64,000 nucleotides of DNA from a virus (lineage: Duplodnaviria > Heunggongvirae > Uroviricota > Caudoviricetes), in the IMG/VR virus record IMGVR_UViG_2939142107_000001, positions 1-64,000 of that record. One strand, 5' to 3'. Made by a program: the position numbers and the translations under genes. Below are positions 18,075 through 27,900 of this stretch, one piece after another (positions within the stretch are counted from its first letter, which is position 1; every line of letters begins with the position of its first letter). A model generated the notes under the pieces. The model was not told the DNA's origin, did no database searches, and saw nothing but the letters and a program-made list of their open reading frames with translations.

Positions 18075-21000
18075 ATGGAAAGAAAAAACGCCAATATTGA
18101 CGATATTATAAGGACAGTTGAAACCGCCAGCGCGAAAGAGCTGGAAGAGCTTGCAGGTATTCGGGAAGCTGTTGAAGATTTGAAAGGGGAACGAGTTGCA
18201 ACTGTTGACCCAGTATCTCGCAGTGTGTCGGCATTAAATCGCACAATCGAAAATTCACGTCCTGACTTTGTGACCAATGCGCCATCAGTGGACCCTATTG
18301 TTGACGCAATAAAACGGCTTAATTTAGGGGACGTTTCTCGTATACGGGAGGACAAAGTCACTAACCGTGAACAGCAGGCTGCACCAACAGCGCACAATCC
18401 CCCAAATAGACGAAGAGAGGCAATAACAGAGGATGTTAAAGCACAGCGGTTAGAAACGGTCAAACTCGCTCGTGATTTGAAAGGGGAACGCGTTGCAACG
18501 GTTGACCCAGTATCTCGCAGTGTGTCGGCATTAAATCGAACAATCGAAAATTCCCGGCCAGACTTTGTGGCCAATGTGCCATCAGTAGACCCTATTGTTG
18601 ACGCAATGAAACGGCTTAATTTAGGGGACGTTTCTCGTGTAGTTCAGGAGGGCATTGCTCAACAGGAACAGCAGGCCAAATCAACTACACCAAAGGGTAA
18701 AAAACGACGCAGGAAGGCTATACCAGAGGATATAAAGGCACAACGGACCGAAGCAGCCGAACACGCTCGCGAAATGTTCGATCAAAAAGGCGGTGCGCAA
18801 AAAAGCCAAAACCAACGCGATGCGCGTGGTCGTTTTATTGGAAAGTTAGGGAGTAAGGCCGCAACGGAAGATGCCCGTGCTGAACGTGCTGAAAAGGCCA
18901 GGCGCAAAGAGGATGATGAGCGTCTAAATGCTGAATCAGGTTTATTAAAAAAACTGTCAAAAGTAGCTGAAGGCATAGGTAACCCTTCAGAGACTCGTGC
19001 CGTTGATGCGTTAGGTTATGCCGTTGCTGGTCCATTGTGGGCAGCAGGGAAGGAGCTTGGCGGGATATCAAAAGAAGTTGGTGGATCGCTTAATGGTGCC
19101 AGAAAGTCTATTGCCGATGTGATTCGTGGCAATGACGATAACAGCCGTAGAAAAGGTTTTTTTAGGCGTAAATCGCAAAATAGTGCCGATGTCGTTCAGG
19201 TTAACACCCAAAAACGGACAGTTCAGGAACTTCAGGAGCAGACCAGCGAAATTAAAGAGGGCAATGACAAGATTCTCAGCGCCCTTGATCAGATAGCCAA
19301 AAACACCGGGAAAAAGAAGGGCGGCTTGCTGTCCAAACTATTTAGCCTGTTAGGGAAGGGGGCCGGTGGCGTCGCGTCGTTGTTAATGGGGCGTGGCATG
19401 CTGAAAAAAGCTGGAGCACTCGCTTTTGGCGCTCTGGGGGCAAAGAAACTTGTAGGAATGCTACGCGGTGGTGGCAAGAAGACTATCGCCCATGAAGGTG
19501 GAGATTTGGCTGCCCGGGCAGCAGGTAAACTTGGATTAAAGGCAGTTGGTAAAGGGGCGTTACGCGCAATTCCCTTAGTCGGCACAGTGGCTGGAGGTAT
19601 TTATGATGCGGTAACCGGTTGGAATGATACAGAAGCGCAACGTCGAGCGTTTGGGCTTAAATCAGGACAAGATCCATCATTCCAGCAAAAAGCCGCTTAT
19701 ACGTTAGCCAATGTTCTTGATATGGGGGGACTGGTATCTGGTATTAGCAGCGCCATTGGTGAGGTTCTCAAATCACTTGGATTTGAGGATATCGGCAATA
19801 TGTTGCAATCATTTTCGACGGAAAGTATTGCCCAGGCCATTGATAGTGGGATTACCAACTTAGAAACATATATTTCTAACCTTGGCGACACCATTTCTAC
19901 CAAGTTCGAAGATTACACAGCAAAGATTGGTGATGCTGTTTCAGCATGGTTTAGCGATACATCTAATAAGCTGCTTGAAAAGCTGGATGCCATCAAAGAC
20001 TTCTTTACTGTTGATAACCTGAAACAGGTTTTCAGTGATGCAATTGATAGTGCAATTGATTTCATTAAGAACCCAGGGAAACACATTAAAGAGGCGGCTG
20101 GTAATATTTGGGATGGGGTTAAAAATTTACCTGGTAAAGCATTAGATGCAGCGGTTGATGCCGTTAAAAATACCCCTGCGGCAATGATTGTATCAAAAAT
20201 ACCCAATCCGATCGGCGAGGCTAATGCGAAAGAAATCACTCCAGAGTTAAAAGCTCCGGTTAATAGCGAGGCTAATGCGAAAGAAATCGCTCCAGAGTTA
20301 AAAGCTCCGGTTAATAGCCACCAGGAGACATCTGATTCTAAAACTGAATCCGATGCCAAACAGACTAATATTGCTACCCGCGTGATAAATGCGGCACTGG
20401 ACACAGCGAAAGATAGCAATAAAACAGTTAAACAAACTGCCAATCAGATTATCAATGCAAATGCCGTAGAAACGGGCAATAGCGCGTTGCAGAAAATTGA
20501 TAAAGCTATTGGTCAAAATAGCTCGTCATCATCCTCGCTTAATACCACTGGCACCAGGAATGACATTCAGAAAGCTGCGGATACCTACAATAATGGCAAC
20601 TTGTATGTAAAAGTCGGAAGTCTTGGCGCTGAAGGTAAGGCAAATCTCGATAAGTTGGCTCCGTATTTTGCTGAACTAGAGAATAAATATGGCCTTCCTG
20701 AAGGTACTCTTTACGCGATTGCTGCAACTGAATCTGGTGGTAATCCGTATGCAAAATCCCAAACCGGTGCTCTGGGAATGTTTCAGTTCACGGGGATTGC
20801 TCGTGAAGAGACTGGCTTAGCTGAAGGTGAATCGTTTGATCCTGTGAAATCGGCAGAAGCTGCGGCTCTTCTCATGAGCAAGTATCTGAAGCAAGCCAAT
20901 GGAGACTTAAACGAGGCCATCACTGCATATAACGCTGGGTTTGGCACTATCAATAAGTGGAAAAAAGGCACAGGTGACTTATCGAAAGAAAACCGTGAGT

Positions 21001-21815
21001 ACGCGATCAAGGTCAATACTCATCGTGCTCGCTATTTAGGTGGTGAAATCTATACACCTGGAGCAGGAGCACAGGGTGGGGCGCAATATGGAGTGAGGGG
21101 ACCACTGCCTGATAACGCTGTTATCGATCAGTCTACTGGCCTGGCGTTTACCCCTGGTGATAGCCCGTTTGAGAAAGGCGGTCTGGTAGACAAAATCGGC
21201 AATGCTGTTGGCGTTAACGATCTGGTCAACAAATTCATGAATGGCCGGGGTATGCGTCGGGAAGTCGTTCAGGGAACGCTCGAAGAACGTGCACGAGGGA
21301 AGGGGACCGCAACAGCAGCTGGCAATGTGTATGTTGATACTCCGATGCCAGTTGAAGAGGTGCGTCCGGTGGCCAGCAACTCAAGTTACTTTGACCAACT
21401 CGGCGCACAAATGGGGATTGATGGACTATTCGATAAACTCCGCAACTCGCCGGGGATGCGGAAAAATAATGCGACTGAACCAGCCTCCACGTCCAAGGTG
21501 ACGACTGCCGCCAACGATTTGCAGCAACCAACCGGTCGTATGCAGATAGACGGGCAGGTTATTAGTGACCTTGGCGGTTCCGGTGCCAAGCCGACAATGC
21601 AGTTGGCTGATAATACCGTTTCACTTGATGGTGAAACGAAGCGGCTGTTTGCGCAGATGACCTCATTGCTTGCCAGGATTGAAGAGCACACCAAAGACTC
21701 GGCGAAAGGCCAGGGAACTGTCGTAAAGGTCAGCACGCCTCAGCCGGGCGTTATGCGCACGGTACCACTGTCAATTGATGATCCGTTGATGAATGACTAC
21801 GCGAGAGTTGATTGA
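18075..21815 (+). CDS. sit: Sit: structural injection transglycosylase and probable tape-measure protein (1246 aa), with an SLT lytic-transglycosylase domain.
   Basis: The motif GLPEGTLYAIAATESGGNPYAKSQTGALGMFQF (SLT catalytic Glu) lies at about aa 870. The protein is long and Gly/Ala-rich. It carries internal duplications (18160-18330 versus 18480-18650, and a tandem 57-bp repeat at 20215-20320). Confidence 0.8.
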   Translation: MERKNANIDDIIRTVETASAKELEELAGIREAVEDLKGERVATVDPVSRSVSALNRTIENSRPDFVTNAPSVDPIVDAIKRLNLGDVSRIREDKVTNREQQAAPTAHNPPNRRREAITEDVKAQRLETVKLARDLKGERVATVDPVSRSVSALNRTIENSRPDFVANVPSVDPIVDAMKRLNLGDVSRVVQEGIAQQEQQAKSTTPKGKKRRRKAIPEDIKAQRTEAAEHAREMFDQKGGAQKSQNQRDARGRFIGKLGSKAATEDARAERAEKARRKEDDERLNAESGLLKKLSKVAEGIGNPSETRAVDALGYAVAGPLWAAGKELGGISKEVGGSLNGARKSIADVIRGNDDNSRRKGFFRRKSQNSADVVQVNTQKRTVQELQEQTSEIKEGNDKILSALDQIAKNTGKKKGGLLSKLFSLLGKGAGGVASLLMGRGMLKKAGALAFGALGAKKLVGMLRGGGKKTIAHEGGDLAARAAGKLGLKAVGKGALRAIPLVGTVAGGIYDAVTGWNDTEAQRRAFGLKSGQDPSFQQKAAYTLANVLDMGGLVSGISSAIGEVLKSLGFEDIGNMLQSFSTESIAQAIDSGITNLETYISNLGDTISTKFEDYTAKIGDAVSAWFSDTSNKLLEKLDAIKDFFTVDNLKQVFSDAIDSAIDFIKNPGKHIKEAAGNIWDGVKNLPGKALDAAVDAVKNTPAAMIVSKIPNPIGEANAKEITPELKAPVNSEANAKEIAPELKAPVNSHQETSDSKTESDAKQTNIATRVINAALDTAKDSNKTVKQTANQIINANAVETGNSALQKIDKAIGQNSSSSSSLNTTGTRNDIQKAADTYNNGNLYVKVGSLGAEGKANLDKLAPYFAELENKYGLPEGTLYAIAATESGGNPYAKSQTGALGMFQFTGIAREETGLAEGESFDPVKSAEAAALLMSKYLKQANGDLNEAITAYNAGFGTINKWKKGTGDLSKENREYAIKVNTHRARYLGGEIYTPGAGAQGGAQYGVRGPLPDNAVIDQSTGLAFTPGDSPFEKGGLVDKIGNAVGVNDLVNKFMNGRGMRREVVQGTLEERARGKGTATAAGNVYVDTPMPVEEVRPVASNSSYFDQLGAQMGIDGLFDKLRNSPGMRKNNATEPASTSKVTTAANDLQQPTGRMQIDGQVISDLGGSGAKPTMQLADNTVSLDGETKRLFAQMTSLLARIEEHTKDSAKGQGTVVKVSTPQPGVMRTVPLSIDDPLMNDYARVD

Positions 21816-22171
21816 TGGCCAACAATAACGAAATTGATCCTTTGCTGACGCTGGAGTTATCCGGCGTAAAAACGTATGAGTCCCAGGAGGAGGCCTGGGG
21901 CGCTCGTTTATATGAGTGGCTAAACACTTATCAGGGTGAGGTATACGGAGATCCGTCATGGGGCAATGTTTTACCGCAGTTTAAACACGAACCGACCAAC
22001 TTGTCGCATGTTCAAATTGCGGTTGAGGCAATGCTGTTGCAAAAACTGACGGTAGATTTACCTGACATACCGATTTCTGGCTTGTCAGTAGCCGAGGGAG
22101 ATGCTTTTGATAAGTTGAAAATATCCATTCGTATCAGGGATATAACTATCACACAGGACGTGGTGCTATGA
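21812..22171 (+). CDS. PmgA-like small baseplate/tail protein (119 aa). Its start overlaps the sit stop.
   Basis: ATGA overlap and synteny. Confidence 0.45.
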   Translation: MMANNNEIDPLLTLELSGVKTYESQEEAWGARLYEWLNTYQGEVYGDPSWGNVLPQFKHEPTNLSHVQIAVEAMLLQKLTVDLPDIPISGLSVAEGDAFDKLKISIRIRDITITQDVVL

Positions 22172-23601
22172 GTAAAACAACACCGACTAAAGACAGTATT
22201 CGTGCAGAGTTTGAAGAGCTTGTCGAGAAAGATTCATTCTGGTCGAAGTTTGTCGGCTCTCAATTTGTCTCGATGCTGACATTGTTTATTACCCAGATTG
22301 TCTACAGGTGCTTTCAGTATGCCGATGCGGCGCTGGCTGAAGGCTTTATATCGACCGCGACGCGGCGTTCCTCTATCCTGGCAGCGGCAGAAACGAATAG
22401 TTACGTTGGTACCAAGCCAACACCGTCATCGGGGATGATTGAGATCACCGCCACAAGTGAAGATGCCCCAGCGGTAATCCCCAAAAACATGCCTTTAATA
22501 TCTGACGACCAGTACCCTTACATGACTATGGATGTATGCAGGTTGGTTGACGGCACCGGTACGGTAGAAGTGGCACAGTTGGAAATCCAGGAGGTGACAT
22601 ATACCGTTACGGCAGCCAAAGAATTTCTGGAAGTCGTGTTATCAAAGGCTCTTACTGCTGTCTGCTATAAGCTGGAAGTATTCGTGACGACCGATGGTAA
22701 GACCACGCAGTGGTCTTCCAGCACTATGTTCCGGTTAGCCGGTAGTAAAAGCCAGGTCTACGTTGAGTTTTATAAACCATCCGAGCAGTTGGGGGTTCGA
22801 TTCGGCGATGGGCTAATTGGGCAAATACCGCCAGAAGGTTCGACAATTACGCTTAAGGTATGGTGCACCAACGGCGATATAACCCTGGTTGCTGGCCAAA
22901 ACCTGACGCCTGTCGATTCTGCGGCTAATTTAGCTAATTTGATTTCAGTTAAGACAACGACACCTATAACCGCAGGTACCGATGCTGAAACAACGGAGAT
23001 CACACGTAACCGTGCACAATATTACCTTGCCTATGATGATCAGGTCGTATGGGGCGGGGACTATACGTATTTTCTGGTTCGTAACATCCCGGGGCTGTCC
23101 TGGGTAAAGGCATGGGGCGAAGGCCAGCAAGAGAAATTAGATGGTGCTTATAATGTTCAGAATATCAATAAGATATTTATTTCAGGATGGCATCCAAATA
23201 AAAGCCAGTCAGAGCTTGAAGAAATGATCCTGACTGCCTTTAAGAAGGTACCGAATGAACTGAACAAGAAATTCTCTTATAAAGAGGTCAGAAAACTACC
23301 ATTTAAGATAACCATCACCGGGCGGATATCGGCAAGCCTGACTATTGAGAACGTGACTGATGAGTTGAAGTCGGCACTGGAAACAAAATTTGGGCGCGAC
23401 TCAAATTTCTTTGATCCGAACGGTGTCGGCAAGTACATCCTGATCAAGAAAAAAGACGTTTGGGCATTTATCGAAACGCTGGGTTATTTCCGCGACTTTT
23501 ATCTGGAATTTGTCGAGTGGAATGAGTCCAACGGCTTTTACGATTTCGTTTATCTGGATACAGAAAACTCCACCTTTAATATTTCGTATGAGGAGGAGTG
23601 A
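22168..23601 (+). CDS. Baseplate protein, BplA-like (477 aa).
   Basis: Translationally coupled (ATGA), synteny. Confidence 0.5.
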   Translation: MSKTTPTKDSIRAEFEELVEKDSFWSKFVGSQFVSMLTLFITQIVYRCFQYADAALAEGFISTATRRSSILAAAETNSYVGTKPTPSSGMIEITATSEDAPAVIPKNMPLISDDQYPYMTMDVCRLVDGTGTVEVAQLEIQEVTYTVTAAKEFLEVVLSKALTAVCYKLEVFVTTDGKTTQWSSSTMFRLAGSKSQVYVEFYKPSEQLGVRFGDGLIGQIPPEGSTITLKVWCTNGDITLVAGQNLTPVDSAANLANLISVKTTTPITAGTDAETTEITRNRAQYYLAYDDQVVWGGDYTYFLVRNIPGLSWVKAWGEGQQEKLDGAYNVQNINKIFISGWHPNKSQSELEEMILTAFKKVPNELNKKFSYKEVRKLPFKITITGRISASLTIENVTDELKSALETKFGRDSNFFDPNGVGKYILIKKKDVWAFIETLGYFRDFYLEFVEWNESNGFYDFVYLDTENSTFNISYEEE

Positions 23602-24437
23602 TGCAACGTTCCTGGTTTAATAATCGGCTTACATCAGCTAAGCAAAAGTCATTGCTCTATAAATCATTGGCTGATTTGGTTCAGTCAATGATGGACACCT
23701 TTGTTGACCCATGGTTGGAGCGAATTACCAACCGGAAGTCTATTTTTTCCATGAGCAAGGAGGATCTGGAGACCAGGACAAATGAACTTGGCCAGTTCTT
23801 TACTATCAGAACCTCAAACTCATCTTCCGTTCCGATGTTGTTACAACAGCGGCTTGATGAGATTCACTTTAAGGGGACTGAACGCCCTATAAACCAGACA
23901 ATTTACCGCGAATTTAATGGTATTTCTGTTTTATGGGATCCGATATATGCACCGGTGGACCTTGAACGTCATCCCTATGGCACAGTTCTAATACCAGAAA
24001 GCACACTGGAAACTACCGGCGGCACATTCGGCGAGATGTTTCTGACTTCCAGAGGGATGATCAGTATTCCCATAAACGACCTGGCCCGGACAATGGGTAT
24101 TACTGGCACGATAGATCAGTCCGCAATTACAGAAGAAATTCTCAGAAAGTTTAATCAGTTCGTAAAGCCTCTACTGCCACTGCATATAGTGTTTGATGGG
24201 CTTACGCTCTATTTGTCGGTTGTTGTGAATGAACAGGCCGACATGATCACTTTGAACGAGATTTCTGATACCGAAAAAGCGTACTGCTGGTTTGAAACTT
24301 CGGATACAACTTCGCTTACTGGAGTTACGTCGATTAGCGCCCCGATCACCGCAACGCCTGGTGGCACTATTGTGAAAGCGACACCTACGTTTGATCGCAC
24401 ACGCGCAGATGATTTGTTGCTGGATAGCGACGCCTGA
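23598..24437 (+). CDS. Baseplate/tail-fibre attachment protein, gene 16-like (279 aa).
   Basis: Translationally coupled, synteny. Confidence 0.45.
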   Translation: MMQRSWFNNRLTSAKQKSLLYKSLADLVQSMMDTFVDPWLERITNRKSIFSMSKEDLETRTNELGQFFTIRTSNSSSVPMLLQQRLDEIHFKGTERPINQTIYREFNGISVLWDPIYAPVDLERHPYGTVLIPESTLETTGGTFGEMFLTSRGMISIPINDLARTMGITGTIDQSAITEEILRKFNQFVKPLLPLHIVFDGLTLYLSVVVNEQADMITLNEISDTEKAYCWFETSDTTSLTGVTSISAPITATPGGTIVKATPTFDRTRADDLLLDSDA

Positions 24438-24515
24438 CAATCACCCCGTCCGCAGGGCGGGGTGACAAGTTACTTCTCTTACAATGAGGCTTCACAACAT
24501 TGATTAGGGAAAATC

Positions 24516-24950
24516 ATGTCTGACGTCTCAACAAACCTCTATAAGAGTCAGTTGTTGGACTATTACTATCAGCGGCGCGCTGAATCGTCCATTAACAAAG
24601 GCTCTCGATTTTTAATCAGCAAGGCCGTTTTCGGTACCAGTTCACTGGTTACTAAGAAAGGAGATGGCACTTATGAGATTGGAGAACTGCCAAAGGCTTT
24701 CGATCTGGCAGAACTGACCAGTAAATTTTGCACCATCAACCTCGTCCCAACCTACTCAGGCGGGATAATTACTGTCCGAATGGACCTTGATCAAAGCCAG
24801 TTGCAGAAAGGGAAAAACTACCCATTCAACACTCTGGTTGTTCTGGATAACGAGAACAAGCCAATCGCCATTATTTGTGTCCAGGAAGACTCGCTGTATG
24901 TGGGCAAAACATATACCGCAGTTATGGCCATAAACACGACTACAGCATAA
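24516..24950 (+). CDS. Tail-fibre operon protein R-like (144 aa).
   Basis: It sits immediately upstream of the tail-fibre gene. A GC hairpin and the AACAAGTTACTT motif precede it. Confidence 0.45.
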   Translation: MSDVSTNLYKSQLLDYYYQRRAESSINKGSRFLISKAVFGTSSLVTKKGDGTYEIGELPKAFDLAELTSKFCTINLVPTYSGGIITVRMDLDQSQLQKGKNYPFNTLVVLDNENKPIAIICVQEDSLYVGKTYTAVMAINTTTA

Positions 24951-27900
24951 GGATATGCTTGATGAATGACGTTACAGTTGTCACATCGGTTACTTACCCA
25001 TCACCCGAGTCGTTGGCTCTGGTGGCTGATGTGCAATACCACGAACCATATCTGTCAGCCGCGCTAAACCGAAAATTCAGGGGAATTGTTGACCCTGGAT
25101 TTTATGCCGGTTTTTTTCCTAAGCCTGGCGGTGGGATGAACCTGTTAATCACCTCAGTGGATGGTGATAAAACCGCTGGCGCGGCGTCAGTGAATATTGG
25201 TGAATTCTACCAGGTAACTATTCAGCAGCGTAAGGATATTTCTCTTGCACTTAGCGCAGGTAAGAAATATGCAATTGTGCTGAAGGGAAGATACCTCCTT
25301 GGAGAAGATTCTTATCAGGTTAATACCGCGTCACATATTCATGCGGCTGAATTTGTTGCCAGAACCTATACCGATTCATATCAGTTAGGAGATGGGGAAC
25401 TGCTTGTTTGTACGGTGAATATCCCTGCTGGCGTATCTGCTATTACTAAGGAAATGATAGATGTATCCGACCGCATCGATCTCGCGATAGGCATTGAAAT
25501 TTCCGACTCTGTAACCAGTACCAGAAGTGATGTCGCTGCAAGTTCGCTGGCGGTTAAAAAAGCCTACGATCTGGCTAAAAGCAAGTATACGGCGCAGGAT
25601 GCAAGCACAACACAAAAGGGATTAGTTCAGCTCAGTAGCGCAACTAACAGCGACAGCGAAACAATGGCGGCTACCCCTAAAGCCGTTAAGTCTGTAAAAG
25701 AGCTGGCTGATACCAAAGCGCCAATAGAAAGCCCGAGTCTGACAGGAACGCCAACCGCGCCGACGGCAGCGCAAGGTACAAACAGCACGCAGATCGCAAA
25801 TACAGCCTTTGTTAAGGCAGCTATAACGGCACTTATCAACGGTGCACCTGGCACACTGGATACGCTTAAAGAAATAGCTGCTGCGATCAATAACGACCCG
25901 AATTTCAGCACAACTATCAACAATGCTCTGGCTCTTAAAGCTCCTTTAGCAAGTCCTGCATTAACGGGAATACCTACTGCGCCTACCGCTGCACAGGGTA
26001 CGAATAACACGCAGATTGCTACGACCGCTTATGTAAGAGCTGCTATCTCTGCATTGGTCGGCTCATCACCTGAAGCTCTTGATACCCTGAATGAGCTTGC
26101 AGCAGCACTGGGCAATGACCCGAACTTTGCGACAACAATGACAAATGCGCTGGCAGGCAAACAGCCTCTGGATGCAACTTTAACCGCGCTTGCTGGTCTT
26201 GCGACAGGCGCAAATAAATTGCCGTACTTTACCGGTACAGACACTGTTTCCCAGACTGATTTAACGTCAGTCGGTCGCGATATCCTGGCTAAAACAAGCA
26301 CACTGGCTGTTATCCAATACCTTGGTTTAAGAGAAATCGGAACCAGCGGCGAAAAGATCCCCCTGTTGAGCACAGCTAATACCTGGAGTTCTCAACAGAC
26401 TTTCAAAGGTAAGACAGCGTTTTCAGCCGCTGCTACATTTAGTGCCGGGATAGCAGGAGCCATCGAGCCGGAAAAAATTGGCGACCAGACGGTTGATCTT
26501 AACAACCTGACCATCAGCTCAGATGTCGGGGCAATTAAATATTATTATTGTCCAACCTTTGGAGGTGGTGCAAATATCACCAACAAGCCTGACGGCGTAA
26601 ACGGTAACTTTTTGCTCCGTGTAGAGTCGACTCGCAAAGTTTCTGCTTCGGATTATGCGAACATGCAAACGCTGATCAGCAACGACACAAAACGTATATA
26701 CGTTCGCTTTGTTGTTAATGGAAGCTGGGCAGCGTGGAGTCAGGTTGTTGTTTCCGGATGGGGTCAGGATGTAAGTGTTAAGTCTCTTAGTGCCGTGGCT
26801 CTTAGTGGATCTTTGACAGGTAATGCATCCACCGCCACAAAACTGCAAACAGCACGCACAATCGGCGGAGTGTCGTTCGATGGTAGTGCCAATATCGACC
26901 TGCCGGGCGTGAATAAAGCAGGTAATCAGAGCACTACCGGCAATGCTGCAACCGCTACGAAACTGCAAACAGCCCGCACAATCAACGGTGTTAAGTTTGA
27001 TGGTTCTGCGAACATTTCGATACCAACAATTACGTCCAGAGGGCGTGTTACTGCGCTCACCGATACAACACAAGGTGCTGCTACTGGATTGCAGATGTAT
27101 GAGGCGTACAACAATAGCTACCCGACCGCGTATGGCAACGTATTGCACATGAAAGGTGCGAGTGCTGCTGGTGAGGGCGAGTTGCTTATTGGCTGGAGTG
27201 GTACGAGCGGTGCACATGCGCCGGTTTTCATTCGCTCCCGAAGAGATCACACTGATGCGGCATGGTCAGCGTGGGCGCAGGTATATACATCAAGGGACTC
27301 CATTCCTGGTGTGAATGCCACTGGCAATCAGAATACAACTGGCAATGCAGCAACTGCTACAAAACTACAGACGGCAAGAACTATCGGCGGAGTTAGCTTT
27401 GATGGTACTGCGAATATTAATTTACCTGGTGTTAACGTTGCGGGTAATCAGAATACATCCGGTAACGCGGCTACAGCGACCAAGTTACAAACCGCTAGAA
27501 CTATAAATGGGGTGTCGTTTGACGGTTCTAAAAACATTGAGCTAACTCCAAGGTCTATAGGCACGATCAACTCAATAACAATGTCTTTTAGTGGTGGTGC
27601 TGGATGGTTCAAGCTGGCAACTGTAACCATGCCACAGGCCAGTTCCGTGGTTTACATAAGCCTGATTGGTAGTTCTGGATATAATGTTAACTCCCCTATG
27701 CAGGCTGGTATATCTGAACTTGTTCTTCGTGCGGGAAATGGGAATCCAAAAGGTCTTACTGGTGCGTTATGGCGACGGACATCGGTTGGATTTACTAATT
27801 TTGCATGGGTGAATACATCCGGTGATACCTATGATGTTTATGTTGAAATAGGTAATTTCGCCACGGGTGTAAATATCCAGTGGGATTATACCAGTAACGC

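Noticed and set aside
18047-18574. Antisense ORFs inside sit, darB and the fibre, for example 18047-18574 and 19913-20443 on the minus strand and 26519-27250 on the minus strand
   Set aside because: They are embedded opposite long, well-supported genes and have biased low-complexity translations. They are typical spurious ORFs.
24875-24961. TTG start of the fibre ORF overlapping the end of R
   Set aside because: The ATG at 24962 with AAGGA 8 nt upstream is a much better start. The TTG extension is probably a track artefact.
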